Source: Paraspadella gotoi (taxonomy: Eukaryota > Animalia > Chaetognatha). From it: 64,000 nucleotides of DNA. The translations under genes and the position numbers were made by a program. The stretch covers positions 5,467,808 to 5,531,807 of the forward strand of contig JBJCIZ010000239.1 of assembly GCA_051294375.1 (NCBI GenBank), in the 5' to 3' direction. Numbering within the stretch: position 1 is the stretch's first letter; the number at the start of each line of letters is the position of its first letter. This document shows, piece by piece, positions 13,035 through 24,081 of the stretch. The notes below the pieces were generated by a model. That model was not told the DNA's origin and did not search any database. It saw only the letters and a list, made by a program, of their open reading frames with translations.

Positions 13035-13247
13035 CTGCTTTGGTATCGGGTTTTGGTAGTAATTTCAATATTTCTTTTTCTGATTCAATATCTGACTTTC
13101 GTAAGTCTTCTAAGAATTCATCACAAGCTTTTGTTCGTTTCTCTATAGAATCTTTTGCTATTGGTTCTTTGCCAGGTAAATATGAGGCCTTTATATCTTC
13201 CTCAGATATCGATTCACATTTAAACTGTGAAAGATCTATTCTTTTAT
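13035..13247 (-). CDS. Ank2: Tail exon (DKRIDLSQFKCES...LPKPDTKA)
   Basis: 213 nt open, phase 1-1. Confidence 0.8.
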
Positions 13248-13420
13248 CTTTAAAGAATGAAAAACAGAGAAAGTTGAAAAATATAAAGTAATAAAGAATT
13301 TAAATGGTACCATTATACATACATATTTGAATAAAGTTGGCAAAAATAAAAAAGGAAAAAATATTTAGGTTTTTTATAATGTACCTACTAAAGTAAGCGA
13401 TTGTAGAACAGGTTACTTAC

Positions 13421-13484
13421 CGACTGGGACTTTAGTGCGTTCAACGACAGAGCACGTCTCGCTCCCACTTTCCTCGGCAGACTC
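13421..13484 (-). CDS. Ank2: Tail exon (ESAEESGSETCSVVERTKVPV)
   Basis: 64 nt, phase 0-1, tag| ... G|GTAAGT. Confidence 0.87.
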
Positions 13485-13765
13485 CTAAGTAGAAAAAAAA
13501 AGTAAAAAACTATTAATGAAAAATTATAATATTATTATTACAGTTACTATTATTATATTAAGTCGAAAAAACTAAGTAAAAAATCATTTTATTAAGAAGA
13601 AAACCATATTATTTAGTAGAAAATTATAATATAATATCAAGCAAAAAATTATATTATTGTATTACCTATATCATTAAAAAATTATATTAGGTTTTAACTA
13701 ATTAAAAAAATAAGTAAAAAAGTAAGTAAAAAAATAAGTAAAAAAAAATTATTAGGGCTACTTAC

Positions 13766-13848
13766 AGTATAAGATCCATCAATTTTTGATGATCTTTGAA
13801 TTGTAGAATCTCTGGATGGACCCAATTCTTCTTTAAACGCATCAAAAC
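13766..13848 (-). CDS. Ank2: Tail exon (GFDAFKEELGPSRDSTIQRSSKIDGSYT)
   Basis: 83 nt, phase 1-0, GTAAGT donor. Confidence 0.9.
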
Positions 13849-14804
13849 CTTAAAAAAATATTATTTGATTATTTTCAAATAAATATCAACAAATCATGTA
13901 CAATTTTATTTCAAGCAGCTTATCTTGAAAAACGGAAGGTTCCAGGCACTATAACTAATTATTATAAAAATCAGAGATACTGAAATACCCTATCCCTCTT
14001 TTTTCTGAAAAAGCCATCACCGGGGTTAAAAAATTAAGTGCTACCACTAAAAAATTTTTAATCCAGATAAATACATAATTAAGAATAAATATCAACATGG
14101 ATTGTTGCAATTTTCACAGTTGACACTAAAATTTAGTGCTGTAAAAGGTACTAAAAACTTGGATGTATTTTGTATTTTTATTGATATTCTATGATGCAAC
14201 AATTCAAATTTATTACCAGATTGAATTAAATTTTGTGCCTAAAACGTCACCATGAAACTAGGAAACAATATTTTTTTTAAATTATAAAAGATATATAATG
14301 CTATTAAATATAAATATAATATTATAATTTAATTCAATCTTAACTTAATGTGTTTGTTAAACTCATCTTGATTATCTATTTCTAAAAGTTCCTAATCCTA
14401 AGTAAACATCTTATCTCACTGGGTGATTTTATATGTATGAAATAATATAAAATATGATGAATGATTAGGGCAAAAATTTCATATACAAGCCAAAGAATCC
14501 TCTTCAGCCGATCATCATTGAAAAAACATTTTTTACTAAATATTAATACATTAATACGCTCATAGTAAAAAAGTAGCTAATTTAATAAGGAGGTAATTTC
14601 TGCTTTGGTCACTTCATTCAGTTCTTTTGTACTTGTAAATGTACTAATTAAATAAAAAATACCTCCTCAGTACATAATCTTTATCAATAATCTTATTTTA
14701 AGATATAAACTTGTAGCTTTTTTTTTTAAATTATAATGCTAGAAAAAAATCACGCAGCTCGATAGATGCTATTCTAAAAAAAAAGATTTTGATTCGTTGA
14801 CAAC

Positions 14805-14921
14805 CTGCTGACGAAAGAGGACTGGGGGAAAAGGTAAAGCTATCTTCACCCAACCCTCGCCTGGGAGTCGTGGGTGTCTTCAGATAAGAAGGGGAAAACA
14901 GGAGATCGTCCAGCGAATCTC
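14805..14921 (-). CDS. Candidate cassette exon (DSLDDLLFSPSYLKTPTTPRRGLGEDSFTFSPSPLSSA)
   Basis: 117 nt GC-rich island, cag| ... CAG|GTTGTC, symmetric phase 1-1 like its host intron. Confidence 0.6.
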
Positions 14922-16080
14922 CTGTGTTTTTTGGGTTGTTTTTTTGGGATGTTTTTTTTTTTACATTGCGTACGAAATAAAATATGACATTAAAAAAAAG
15001 GACCCACAAAACAGACTGACATGCAATCGGAAAACAAGAGTTTTTATTTATTTCTATCACATTGTCGCCAATTGTAATGAGATGATTTTACAATCGGCAT
15101 AACTTTGGGAGGTTAGTATATTTATAATCAAAATTATCAATCCCAAACAAAAAAAGTTTAATATGAATAATAAGACGAGCAAAAAAGATATTTTTTTTAA
15201 AAAGTCGCTAAAAACAAAGCTTTTATTCTGTTAGTTATTGCTCCCTCCCGTCCATAACATGTTACAAAAATATTGTAGCTGTATATATTTTTACACGGTT
15301 ATGAAAAAAAAAACCCGGAAATAAAACTGTCCAATTAAAAGCTTTGCAAATAGTGTTCAACGCTGCAAATAAAAAGAAAATAACCCATCAAAAAGTCTCA
15401 TACAGACCACATAAAAAGCTAAAAACTTTAACGTGCACATTTTTTTAAAGAAAAAATAAAAGTTGAAAAAATAAGGAGAAAAAAAAAGTTGAAACGATTG
15501 AAGAAAACCCTTACTTAGGTATAGCATTTCAAGCAGCGCCCAAATTAATCGTTACCTAAATTGGCTCTCTCAAGTTTATCAAGTGCTATATTATAGGATC
15601 GGAAAAAAAAAATCAGAAAAAAAAACGTAAAAAAAAAAAGTTGATGAACGGCGATAAAGAAGAAAGAATATAAAATAAGAAATGAAAATTACTGGTGAAA
15701 AATCATTTCGGTAAACGGTTAAAATAAAGTAAAAAAAGATGTGCAACCCTTCCATTAAATTTCTGTCATTAATACGTATTTAAAATTGAAAACAAAAAAA
15801 TCGACTCTTGCTTTTTCTCTTTAGCATTGTTTGATTTACATCCATTTATAAATATTGTAGATAATTTAGAATCCCTATGCCTAATAATATGCGATTATAA
15901 TCGAATACAACAAGTTTGGATTCAGTACAACCATAATCAACAAACATAGATTAAGTCTGAGCAAACGAAAACATATTAGAATAGAGAAACAAAAAAATGT
16001 TTAAATTATAATTGTCTGACGTCACTGACTCAGATCCTGACCCAAGACCCTGACACAAAACCCTGACCCAAGACCCTCAC

Positions 16081-16209
16081 CCGTCTGATCCAACTGCAAC
16101 TTGGCCGCCTCTCTCTCCGAATTGTCAGTCACCGTCATCACGTTGTACATACACTTTGTGACGACATCTTCGCGTTTGATCTTTCTTAACGCTTTCTCCA
16201 AATTGTTGC
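16081..16209 (-). CDS. Ank2: Exon, death-domain end (NNLEKALRKIKREDVVTKCMYNV...LDQT)
   Basis: 129 nt, phase 1-1. Confidence 0.93.
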
Positions 16210-16256
16210 CTGGTGAGAAGCAAAGATCAGGTGGTTGTCTCTCTGTCTCTTTCTCT

Positions 16257-16290
<34 letters not shown>

Positions 16291-16350
16291 TGATCTTTCT
16301 CAACGTTTTTTCCAAATTGTTGCCTGGTGAGAAGAAGCAAAAATTGGGTG

Positions 16351-16420
<70 letters not shown>

Positions 16421-16710
16421 CTCTCTTTTGATCTTTCTTAACGCTTTCTCCAAATTGTTGCCTGGTGAGAAGAAGTAAAGATCAGGTGGGTCTCTCTCTC
16501 TCTCTCTCTCTCTTTCTCTTCTCTCTCTTCTCTCTCTCTTTCTCTTTTTTGATCTTTCTTAACGCTTTCTCCAAATTGTTGCCTGGTTAGAAGAAGTAAA
16601 GATCAGGTGGGTGTCTCTCTCTCTCCCTCTTTCTCTCTCTCTCTCTCTTTTGATCTTTCTTAACGCTTTTTCCAAATTGTTGCCTGGTGAGAAGAAGCAA
16701 AAATTTGGTG

Positions 16711-16720
<10 letters not shown>
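16190..16720 (-). repeat. Tandem array of 5 acceptor-junction copies separated by (AG)n
   Basis: cttctcaccag|GCAACAATTTGGAGAAAGCGTTAAGAAAGATCAAA-like units starting at 16209, 16323, 16461, 16582 and 16683. Confidence 0.9.
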
Positions 16721-16782
<62 letters not shown>

Positions 16783-16864
16783 TATTTATGGCCTATTGTT
16801 TTATTTTCTGCCTAAAGCCCATTGAACAAATTCAAATTCACAAATTATATCTGTCTCTCTTTCT

Positions 16865-16916
<52 letters not shown>

Positions 16917-16924
16917 ACGCTTAC

Positions 16925-17069
16925 CAGTGGCCTGGTCCCCGGCGGATTCGTGCCAAATGTGAAGCATGGCGAGTGCTTGATCGCAAAGATTGTTTGGGTA
17001 ATCATGTTTGATGGCTTGAAAGTCTTTGTCTTTGAGATCAAGATGACAGGCGAGGACGACCCAATCTCC
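16925..17069 (-). CDS. Ank2: Exon, death domain (GDWVVLACHLDL...QALAMLHIWHESAGDQAT)
   Basis: 145 nt, phase 0-1. Confidence 0.93.
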
Positions 17070-17164
17070 CTGGTTATAATTTATTTAATCGCCCAGTTAA
17101 TCGGTTTTTAAAGCTAAATATTTATTTATTTTTTTTAAATTCAAGCTTGTGGCCCCGCTCTTAC

Positions 17165-17232
17165 CTGTAACACGTCGGCGATGTCAGAGAGCTTAAGTTC
17201 TGCTCGCTGTACCGTCGCCGTAGGCGAAAGTC
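17165..17232 (-). CDS. Ank2: Exon, death-domain start (LSPTATVQRAELKLSDIADVLQ)
   Basis: 68 nt, phase 1-0. Confidence 0.9.
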
Positions 17233-17339
17233 CTTGACAGAGGATAAATAAAAGGTAAACCAAACAATATGTTAACAAAAAAAAAAAAGCAAAAAACAAA
17301 ACAAAAGGGAAGACAAAACAAAACAAAAAAAAAACTAAC

Positions 17340-17406
17340 CCAATTTTCGTATGAGTTCTGCTCTTCTCTCTCCCGGTATGGAAGGCGGAGCGTTGTCATC
17401 GCTCGC
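17340..17406 (-). CDS. Ank2: Linker exon (ASDDNAPPSIPGERRAELIRKL)
   Basis: 67 nt, supplies the required phase 0-to-1 change. Confidence 0.8.
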
Positions 17407-18060
17407 CTTAAAAAAAAAAGAAATAAACCACACGATACATTTATAAAGCAAGTAATTAATATTAATAAACTATTAATCTGATTAAATATTTTTAAAAAGT
17501 AGTAGGAAATTGTATTAAAAACAAAGTTACGAAATAAAAAAAAAACAAAGGAACGAATAAAGGTATAAAGTTTGCAGAATAATAGTTCCCTTTAAATTTC
17601 GCGGGGCAGAAAAATGATAAATAAAGATAACTTTTAATCGTATGAAATAAAAAAAAACAAAGGAAAGAATAAAGGAATAAAGTTTGCATAATAAATTTAA
17701 ATTTTGCGGGGCTGAAAAATAATAAATTAGTTCAACGGACGGGTTGGCTGCGATGCCCATTTGGGAAGGGGGTTTCTTACTGTTGGCTTTGGGGGCTTCC
17801 AACACTCAGTGACACCTCCACTCACTAGCGGGGTTACCCTAGGACGGTCTCGCTTTGCCAACGCAGAGGGAAGTCGTTAAGACTGTGGATGGAACACTAC
17901 GTCTGGGATGTAGTTTTCCCCCTCTGAGCCAATGGGATTGGCGGAACGACGTTAAAATCACCTCGTCTGACAGAGTATCACGGATAATTATATGAGAGTT
18001 ATGATAGTTTTTAAAATAGATTTGAGAAAAAAAAACCGGATGTGATTCTCCAAAACTCAC

Positions 18061-18075
18061 CTCTGAGCCACTCTC
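18061..18075 (-). CDS. Ank2: 15-nt microexon (ESGSE) in the UPA-DD linker
   Basis: aag|GAGAGTGGCTCAGAG|GTGAGT, phase 0-0. Confidence 0.65.
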
Positions 18076-18661
18076 CTTGATAAGGTGAGCAGTGAAAAAT
18101 GTGGCGTGGCAGTTCTTGGTTAAAATCTCTTTTTATCTCAACTCTATTCTCTTTTCAACTTTTTTCTCTAATCTCTTTTCATCTCCACTTTAATCTTTTT
18201 CGACATTTTTACAGATTTTACAGATTTTTAAATTTCCGTTCAGGGAATAAGGAACCGAATTAGGTACTGAAAGAAAATTCACATTAAAGGCCTTATTTTC
18301 CAAAAACGCCCCATTTCAACTTAAATTTAAAATTAGGTTAATTTTGTAAGTTGGTTAAGGAATTAGGTTAGTGATTAAGGTTAGGGATATGGTTTGTTAT
18401 AGGGTTAGGACTAGGATTTAAAGTTAAGGGATAGGGTTAGAAATTAGAAATAATGGTTTAAGGTTAGGATTTAGGATTATTTTTTAAGATTAGGGTCAGG
18501 GATTAGGGTTATAGTTTATATAATTATAAATTTAAACACATACTTCTAAGGTTAAAATTAAACTCCGGAATAAAGCAACCGGGCGCTCTGGGAAAAGAGA
18601 GTCGGACCAGGCCCCCACCCCTTTCCGCCTCGGGCTAAAAAAAAAAAGCTCCTCATCTTAC

Positions 18662-18787
18662 TCTAGAGTAGTCGGGCAGTTGCAGGTTCAGATTGCAGAT
18701 GGGTAGCTGAGGAGCTTGTCCGTCGTGTCGACCGACTTTGGCTTCGCGCATGAAGGCGATTCGAGCCACTGGATCCTGGTTCATATC
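18662..18787 (-). CDS. Ank2: Exon, UPA end (DMNQDPVARIAFMREAK...PICNLNLQLPDYSR)
   Basis: 126 nt, phase 0-0. Confidence 0.94.
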
Positions 18788-19292
18788 CTGGAAAGAGAGA
18801 AGGAAACATAGATTTGAGAGGAAAAGACCTAAATCTGATATATGAAGGAAATTCTTCACCTTGATTTTAAAATTAAAACAAAAAAATTATTTAACTTGGG
18901 TCAGAGGTCAAACTATGAGTTTTTTTTTACCTTTAGTGTTATGATAAATGTCCTTAACTTGGGTCTGATAATGAAGAAAAGACGGTTGAGAGAAAAACTA
19001 AACTTAAGATGGAAGGAATTTTCTATACTTGTAGTCCGACAATTATGCAAAGTCCTCGCCTTAAAACTGACAATTAAAGAAAATATAACAATGATGTAAA
19101 GTCTTCGGCTAAAGTCTGATATTGATGCAAAGTCCTCGCCTTAAAACTGACAATTAAGGGAATTTTTTTCACACATACATAGTCTTGACAATAAAGAAAA
19201 TATAACAATGATGTAAAGTCTTCAGCTACAGTCTGATATTGATGAAAAGTCCTCACCTTAAATCCCCCCAAAAAATGACGTAAAGTCCTCAC

Positions 19293-19400
19293 CTTAAGTC
19301 TGACGATAAAGGGAAGTCTATTTTCTCTGAACGCGTGAAAGATGAGGTGAAGTTGTTCTCCGGATTTCGTGACTGGAACCAAATTTCCCGCCATTTCGAC
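19293..19400 (-). CDS. Ank2: Exon, UPA (VEMAGNLVPVTKSGEQLHLIFHAFRENRLPFIVRLK)
   Basis: 108 nt, phase 0-0. Confidence 0.95.
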
Positions 19401-20307
19401 CTGAAAAAGATAATAATTAGGAACGATGACGAGAATATCACGTGACATCGCTTAGAGGGGCAGACGGATTAACGGACGGACAGACGTCCAGACAGACAGT
19501 CGGACCGACAGAAAGACACCCAGCCAAACAATCAAGACGGACAGAGAGTGATGCAAATGGACAGACAGACAGACAGACTGAGTAAGACAATCGGCCGGAA
19601 ATATAGAAAGTAAATAATATACCAATTAACTTAATGTTAACTTTACATTAACATACCCTTGATTATTAACTTATTATTAAACTAATTATATAACTTATTT
19701 TAATTATTTATAATTTACAAATTATTACAAAACCTTAATGAAATTTCTCTAAAATTAATAATGCTGTGATGCCAGGGCTTTGGTCTGTTTCAGATAAACA
19801 TTCAAAATATACCTTTAAAATATAAGATAAACAACAATGAAGGATCACCATTTGGTGATGGCTCGCCTATACCTGGATATTGGGATTAAAGAGCCGAAAT
19901 CCATGAAGGGTATAGGTTCCCAACTGATGACCTTCCCATTGTATAAACATAATAGATAAAAAATATTCAGAAATAGAATAATTAAAAATTAGGATAAAGG
20001 AAAAAATTATTTTCATTAAAGTATTTTAAAATTGTATTCATGACATAAAGGTGCCCCTATAGACCTTTCCCCAGTATGTATCCCTATCAGAACATACAAT
20101 TCTACTTTGTAGTCTTATCCCTATTAGTTTTTTTAAAAAAATCATATATAACTTTGGTCCCCCATCACAAAATTATCCATTCCCACCCCTTTCTGTTCAG
20201 CCTATTAGATATTATGATTTTTCATTAATGACTTTCTAACAGGAATGATGTGTGATATCTATTAGAAAACTAGGACAGATTGTAATCTAACCTTGTGTTG
20301 TGTAGAT

Positions 20308-20501
20308 GCTCCCTCTATTTCCAGAAGACAACACTGACTTCCCATTCCCAAAATGAGTTATTAGATATAATGATAAGTAAAATATTTTTAAGAAAGCAAT
20401 ATATATATATTTAAAGAATATAGATTAAATGGTAAATCTTTCATAAAATATAATAATAAAAAATAAAAAATAGTGAAACAAGTAATTTGAAAATTTTCAT
20501 A
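20308..20501 (+). repeat. About 190-bp interspersed repeat; inverted copy at 24873-25054, partial copy at about 49730-49803
   Basis: gctccctctatttccagaagacaacactgacttccc ... aatagtgaaacaagtaatttg. Confidence 0.85.
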
Positions 20502-20618
20502 AAGAAGAACAGACGAAGAGTGTCAGACATTCATTCAGAAAAACAGATATTAAGAGTCAGATACAAAGAGATAGCCGCAGTCATACAGACGGACAGAGAG
20601 ACCAACAGACGGACTCAC

Positions 20619-20705
20619 CCACTGCTGTTTGGACTCGAGGACTTCGACGTCTCGACTTCTCGCGACTTCCACGAAATGTTCTTGCGATTCTAACGTCTTG
20701 TCCAT
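20619..20705 (-). CDS. Ank2: Exon, UPA (MDKTLESQEHFVEVARSRDVEVLESKQQW)
   Basis: 87 nt, phase 0-0. Confidence 0.95.
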
Positions 20706-20947
20706 CTGGCGGATGAGAGAAGGGGCGTGGAGTGGACAAATAGGGGGGCGTGGAGTGGCCGAAGGGGGAGTGATAGAGAGGGGTGTGATCACGAGGGAGT
20801 TTGGGGATAGTTGTTACTTTCTTTAAACCAGGGTACGAACCTCTCTAACTGAAAACAATGCAGCCATGTCATGTCATATGTCCCATTGTTCCAGCTCTCT
20901 CTCTCTCTCCCTCCCTCCCTCTCTCCCTCTCTCTCTCTCTCTCTCAC

Positions 20948-21124
20948 CTTATCGTCCGTCATACAGAAGACCCTTAGACGGGCCTCCATTTCCGACTGTC
21001 GTTTGGCGAAGACGACAAACTTGGACATGAACGGGCAGGCTATGGCCTCGCGGTAAAGCTCCGTCGCCATCTTCGTCGCCTCGTTGTGATTCTGACAATC
21101 CATCAGCCAGAAACGAGCGGAAAC
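20948..21124 (-). CDS. Ank2: Exon, ZU5-B/UPA (VSARFWLMDC...ARLRVFCMTDDK)
   Basis: 177 nt, phase 0-0. Confidence 0.96.
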
Positions 21125-21629
21125 CTGAAAACGGAAAAAAAAGGGGGATTTGAATTTGTTGATTATTTTTATCCTTTTTTTAAAATTAATATTATGTATT
21201 TTATGTTTAATATTAGAGAGAAAAATTGAAAAGCAATATATTTGTCTATTTGTAAATGCATTTGTAATATAAACAAAGAATACAATTTTCGCAAGCGAAA
21301 AAAAAAACAGAATAAAACATAATTAGGGGTTTCTAGCTTTTAAACATGTAATACATATTGTAATGTAATACATGTAATACATATTCCTTGTATCTTCACA
21401 AGGACATAACGAAAACAACGACAACAATAAAATCAACGACAACAATAAAAAAACGATAACCACAACAACAAAAACGTCAAGAACAACTACATCTATAACA
21501 CGAAAATAAATATAAAAAAAATTATAATAATAATATCAATAGTAATAACAATAATAATAACAGTAATAATAATTACAAAAATAACGATAACGACTAATAA
21601 TAACTGACTAACGAATTCCCCAAACTCAC

Positions 21630-21756
21630 AGTCGTCGTAAAGGAAACGCATTCATTGACAAAAGTGAGGGGCGTCGTGCCGGTGATGTCTTCCCACTGCG
21701 CAGGCGTGGTCCCTCCCGTGATGGAGCACAACAGTCGCAACGTGGGGGCGTCGCTT
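21630..21756 (-). CDS. Ank2: Exon, ZU5-B end ([42 protein letters not shown])
   Basis: 127 nt, phase 2-0. Confidence 0.96.
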
Positions 21757-21759
21757 CTG

Positions 21760-22135
21760 AGAGAGAGAGAGAAAGAGGGGGAGGGGGGAAGAGAGGGAGA
21801 GAGGGAAGGAGGGAAGGAGGAAGGGAGGAAAGGAAAGGAGGGAAGGAACAGGAAAGGAAAGGAGAGGAGAGGAAAGAAAAGAAAAGAAAAGAAAAGAAAA
21901 GAAAAGAAAAGAAAAGAAAAGAAAAGAAAAGAAAAGAAAAGAAAAGAAAAGAAAAAATGAAACAGAAGGAAAGGAAAGGAAAGAAAATGAAAGGAAAGGA
22001 AAGGAAAGGAAAGGAAAGGAAAGGAAAGGAAAGGAAAGGAAAGGAAAGGAAAGGAAAGGAAAGGAAAGGAAAGGAAAGGAAAGGAAAGGAAAGGAAAGGA
22101 AAAGAAAAGAAAGGAGCCAAAAGGAAAGAAAGAAA
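21760..22135. repeat. (GAAAA)n/(GGAAA)n pentamer microsatellites; one example of many purine/pyrimidine tracts in the 16-61 kb introns
   Basis: Direct inspection. Confidence 0.9.
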
Positions 22136-22398
22136 AGACAAGGTATACAGGATAGAAAAATAGGGTAAGGGGAAAGTGAGGAAGGGGGAAGGGGAAGTCC
22201 GTGAGATTCCCAAAATCCTTTCAATTGATTTCCACATCGAACGTCTCAAATTTTTCGTCGCTTCTCCTACCCCAAGGAAAACAATAACCGCTAAGACGAC
22301 GACCAAGACGACGACAACCACAAATATAACCACCAGGAGGAACGACGACCACGACCACAAAACGACCACAACATTCCCACCCCCTCACCGGTACAAAC

Positions 22399-22638
22399 CT
22401 TTGAGTAGCAGGCACCGCCGCAGACTGTGGATGTCCCCCTGTATTTCCAAGGCCTCCTCCTCCTCCTCCTCCTCCTCCCCCTGGTCCTGGAACCCCGCTT
22501 CCTCCTCCTCCTCCTCCTCCTCCGTATTTGTTGAGCATACCCTTTGAGGCAGCTTGAGGCACAGGGATGGTCAGTGTGATTGGCTTGTGGAACTTGCGAC
22601 GTCGGGGCTCCACCGTGACGATGGGGCTGACGGCCACC
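22399..22638 (-). CDS. Ank2: Exon, ZU5-B with poly-Gly insertion
   Basis: 240 nt, phase 2-2, [27 protein letters not shown]...; AG|GTTTGT is the nearby donor that gives the required phase. Confidence 0.88.
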
Positions 22639-23072
22639 CTGTGAAGAAGGGGGTTGGTGTTGGGTAGGGGAGGGAAGCAGGGATTGTGTTTATGTTTATG
22701 TTTATGTTTATTTATCTCTTTGTCTTTTCTTTGTTTCTTTTTTTTCTTTTTCATTTATCTCTTTCATTTATGTTTATTTGTTTATTTATGTTTCTTTGCG
22801 TCTTTGTTTTTTCTTTTCTTGTCTTTGTCTTTTCTTTCTTTTCTTTTTGTCTTTCTTTCTTTCCTTGTCTTTCTTTCTTTCTTTCTTTCTCTTTCTTTCT
22901 TTCATTTTTTCTTTCTTTCCTTGCCTTTTCTTTCTTTTGCTTTTCCTTCCTTCTATCTTTCTCTCTCTCTATTTCTCCATCTTTCTCCTTCCATCTTTCT
23001 CTCTCTCTCTTTCTCCTTCTTTCTCCTTCCATCTTTCTCTATCTCTCCTTCTTCTTTCTCCTTCCATCTCAC

Positions 23073-23170
23073 CTGTTCCCAAGAAGTTTGCTGACCAACT
23101 CAGACGCGATCGGCTGGGCCTGCAAACCCACTTTGATTCTTTTGGTGAGCGCACCCTCCGGGAAGACAGC
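23073..23170 (-). CDS. Ank2: Exon, ZU5-B ([32 protein letters not shown])
   Basis: 98 nt, phase 0-2. Confidence 0.95.
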
Positions 23171-23290
23171 CTGAGGACAAGGACATGCAAATGAAAATAT
23201 ATGAGGACGATAGAAAATGGGAAAAAATTGTGGGGGGGGGGAAATGAGGAAAATGTAAAAATTGGCAAAAATGAAAGAAATCAAACGAAC

Positions 23291-23383
23291 CTGCACTTGC
23301 GGCACCACGGTGGAACTGAGCATCCCGCCGTCCGCACCGATGCTGTGCGACTCCTGGCGGATGCGCGTCACAATCGCGAAGTA
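23291..23383 (-). CDS. Ank2: Exon, ZU5-A/B junction ([31 protein letters not shown])
   Basis: 93 nt, phase 0-0. Confidence 0.95.
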
Positions 23384-23844
23384 CTGAAGAGGAAAAACAA
23401 AGGAACAATGGATGAAGGTTAAAGCGAATTATAAACCGCGCGTCGAACATTGAAGCGAGGAAAAATACAAAACTATTACAGAGGGGTTTAATTACATAGT
23501 AATTAACGTTATTAGGTAGAAATATGAGAAGGGTAGAAAGAGAGAATTGCTATGCCGAAGACAAATCAGTAGGAAAACGTCTGAGAGACAGTCGAAGAAA
23601 CGGAGTAACTTGTGATTCATTTCTCATGAGATCGAAGTCTTCAATTTCATTTACATATTGTAGCAGTTTAAACAATTTCTCTTTTGATACGAATTTCTCA
23701 GAGGATTCTTTTTACTATTATAGGAATAATTTTAATAGGGTTTAATAATAATTTAGTTTATCAAAATAATAATCAAATATTTAGCTTTACAAAAGAAAAT
23801 ATTAACAGAAACAGAACTAAGAATGTAAAGACCATTTAATTTAC

Positions 23845-23952
23845 CTGGGGAAAGTCAGTAGTGAGAATTCGGGTGATGCGTTTGGACGCCAACTCCTCCG
23901 GTTGATCCAATTCCTCTCCATCAAACGTGCCGTTAAGAGTCTCCTGAATTGC
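23845..23952 (-). CDS. Ank2: Exon, ZU5-A end (AIQETLNG...KRITRILTTDFPQ)
   Basis: 108 nt, phase 0-0. Confidence 0.94.
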
Positions 23953-24019
23953 CTGATAGAGACAGAGAAGGTGGAGGGAGAGAGAGAGTTATATGGCTGT
24001 GAGGAGTTTGATATGTAAT

Positions 24020-24081
<62 letters not shown>

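Noticed and set aside
17740-17970. GC-richer island in the UPA-DD linker intron
   Set aside because: Phase-0 entry at the available acceptors hits stops within a few codons; no recognisable product.
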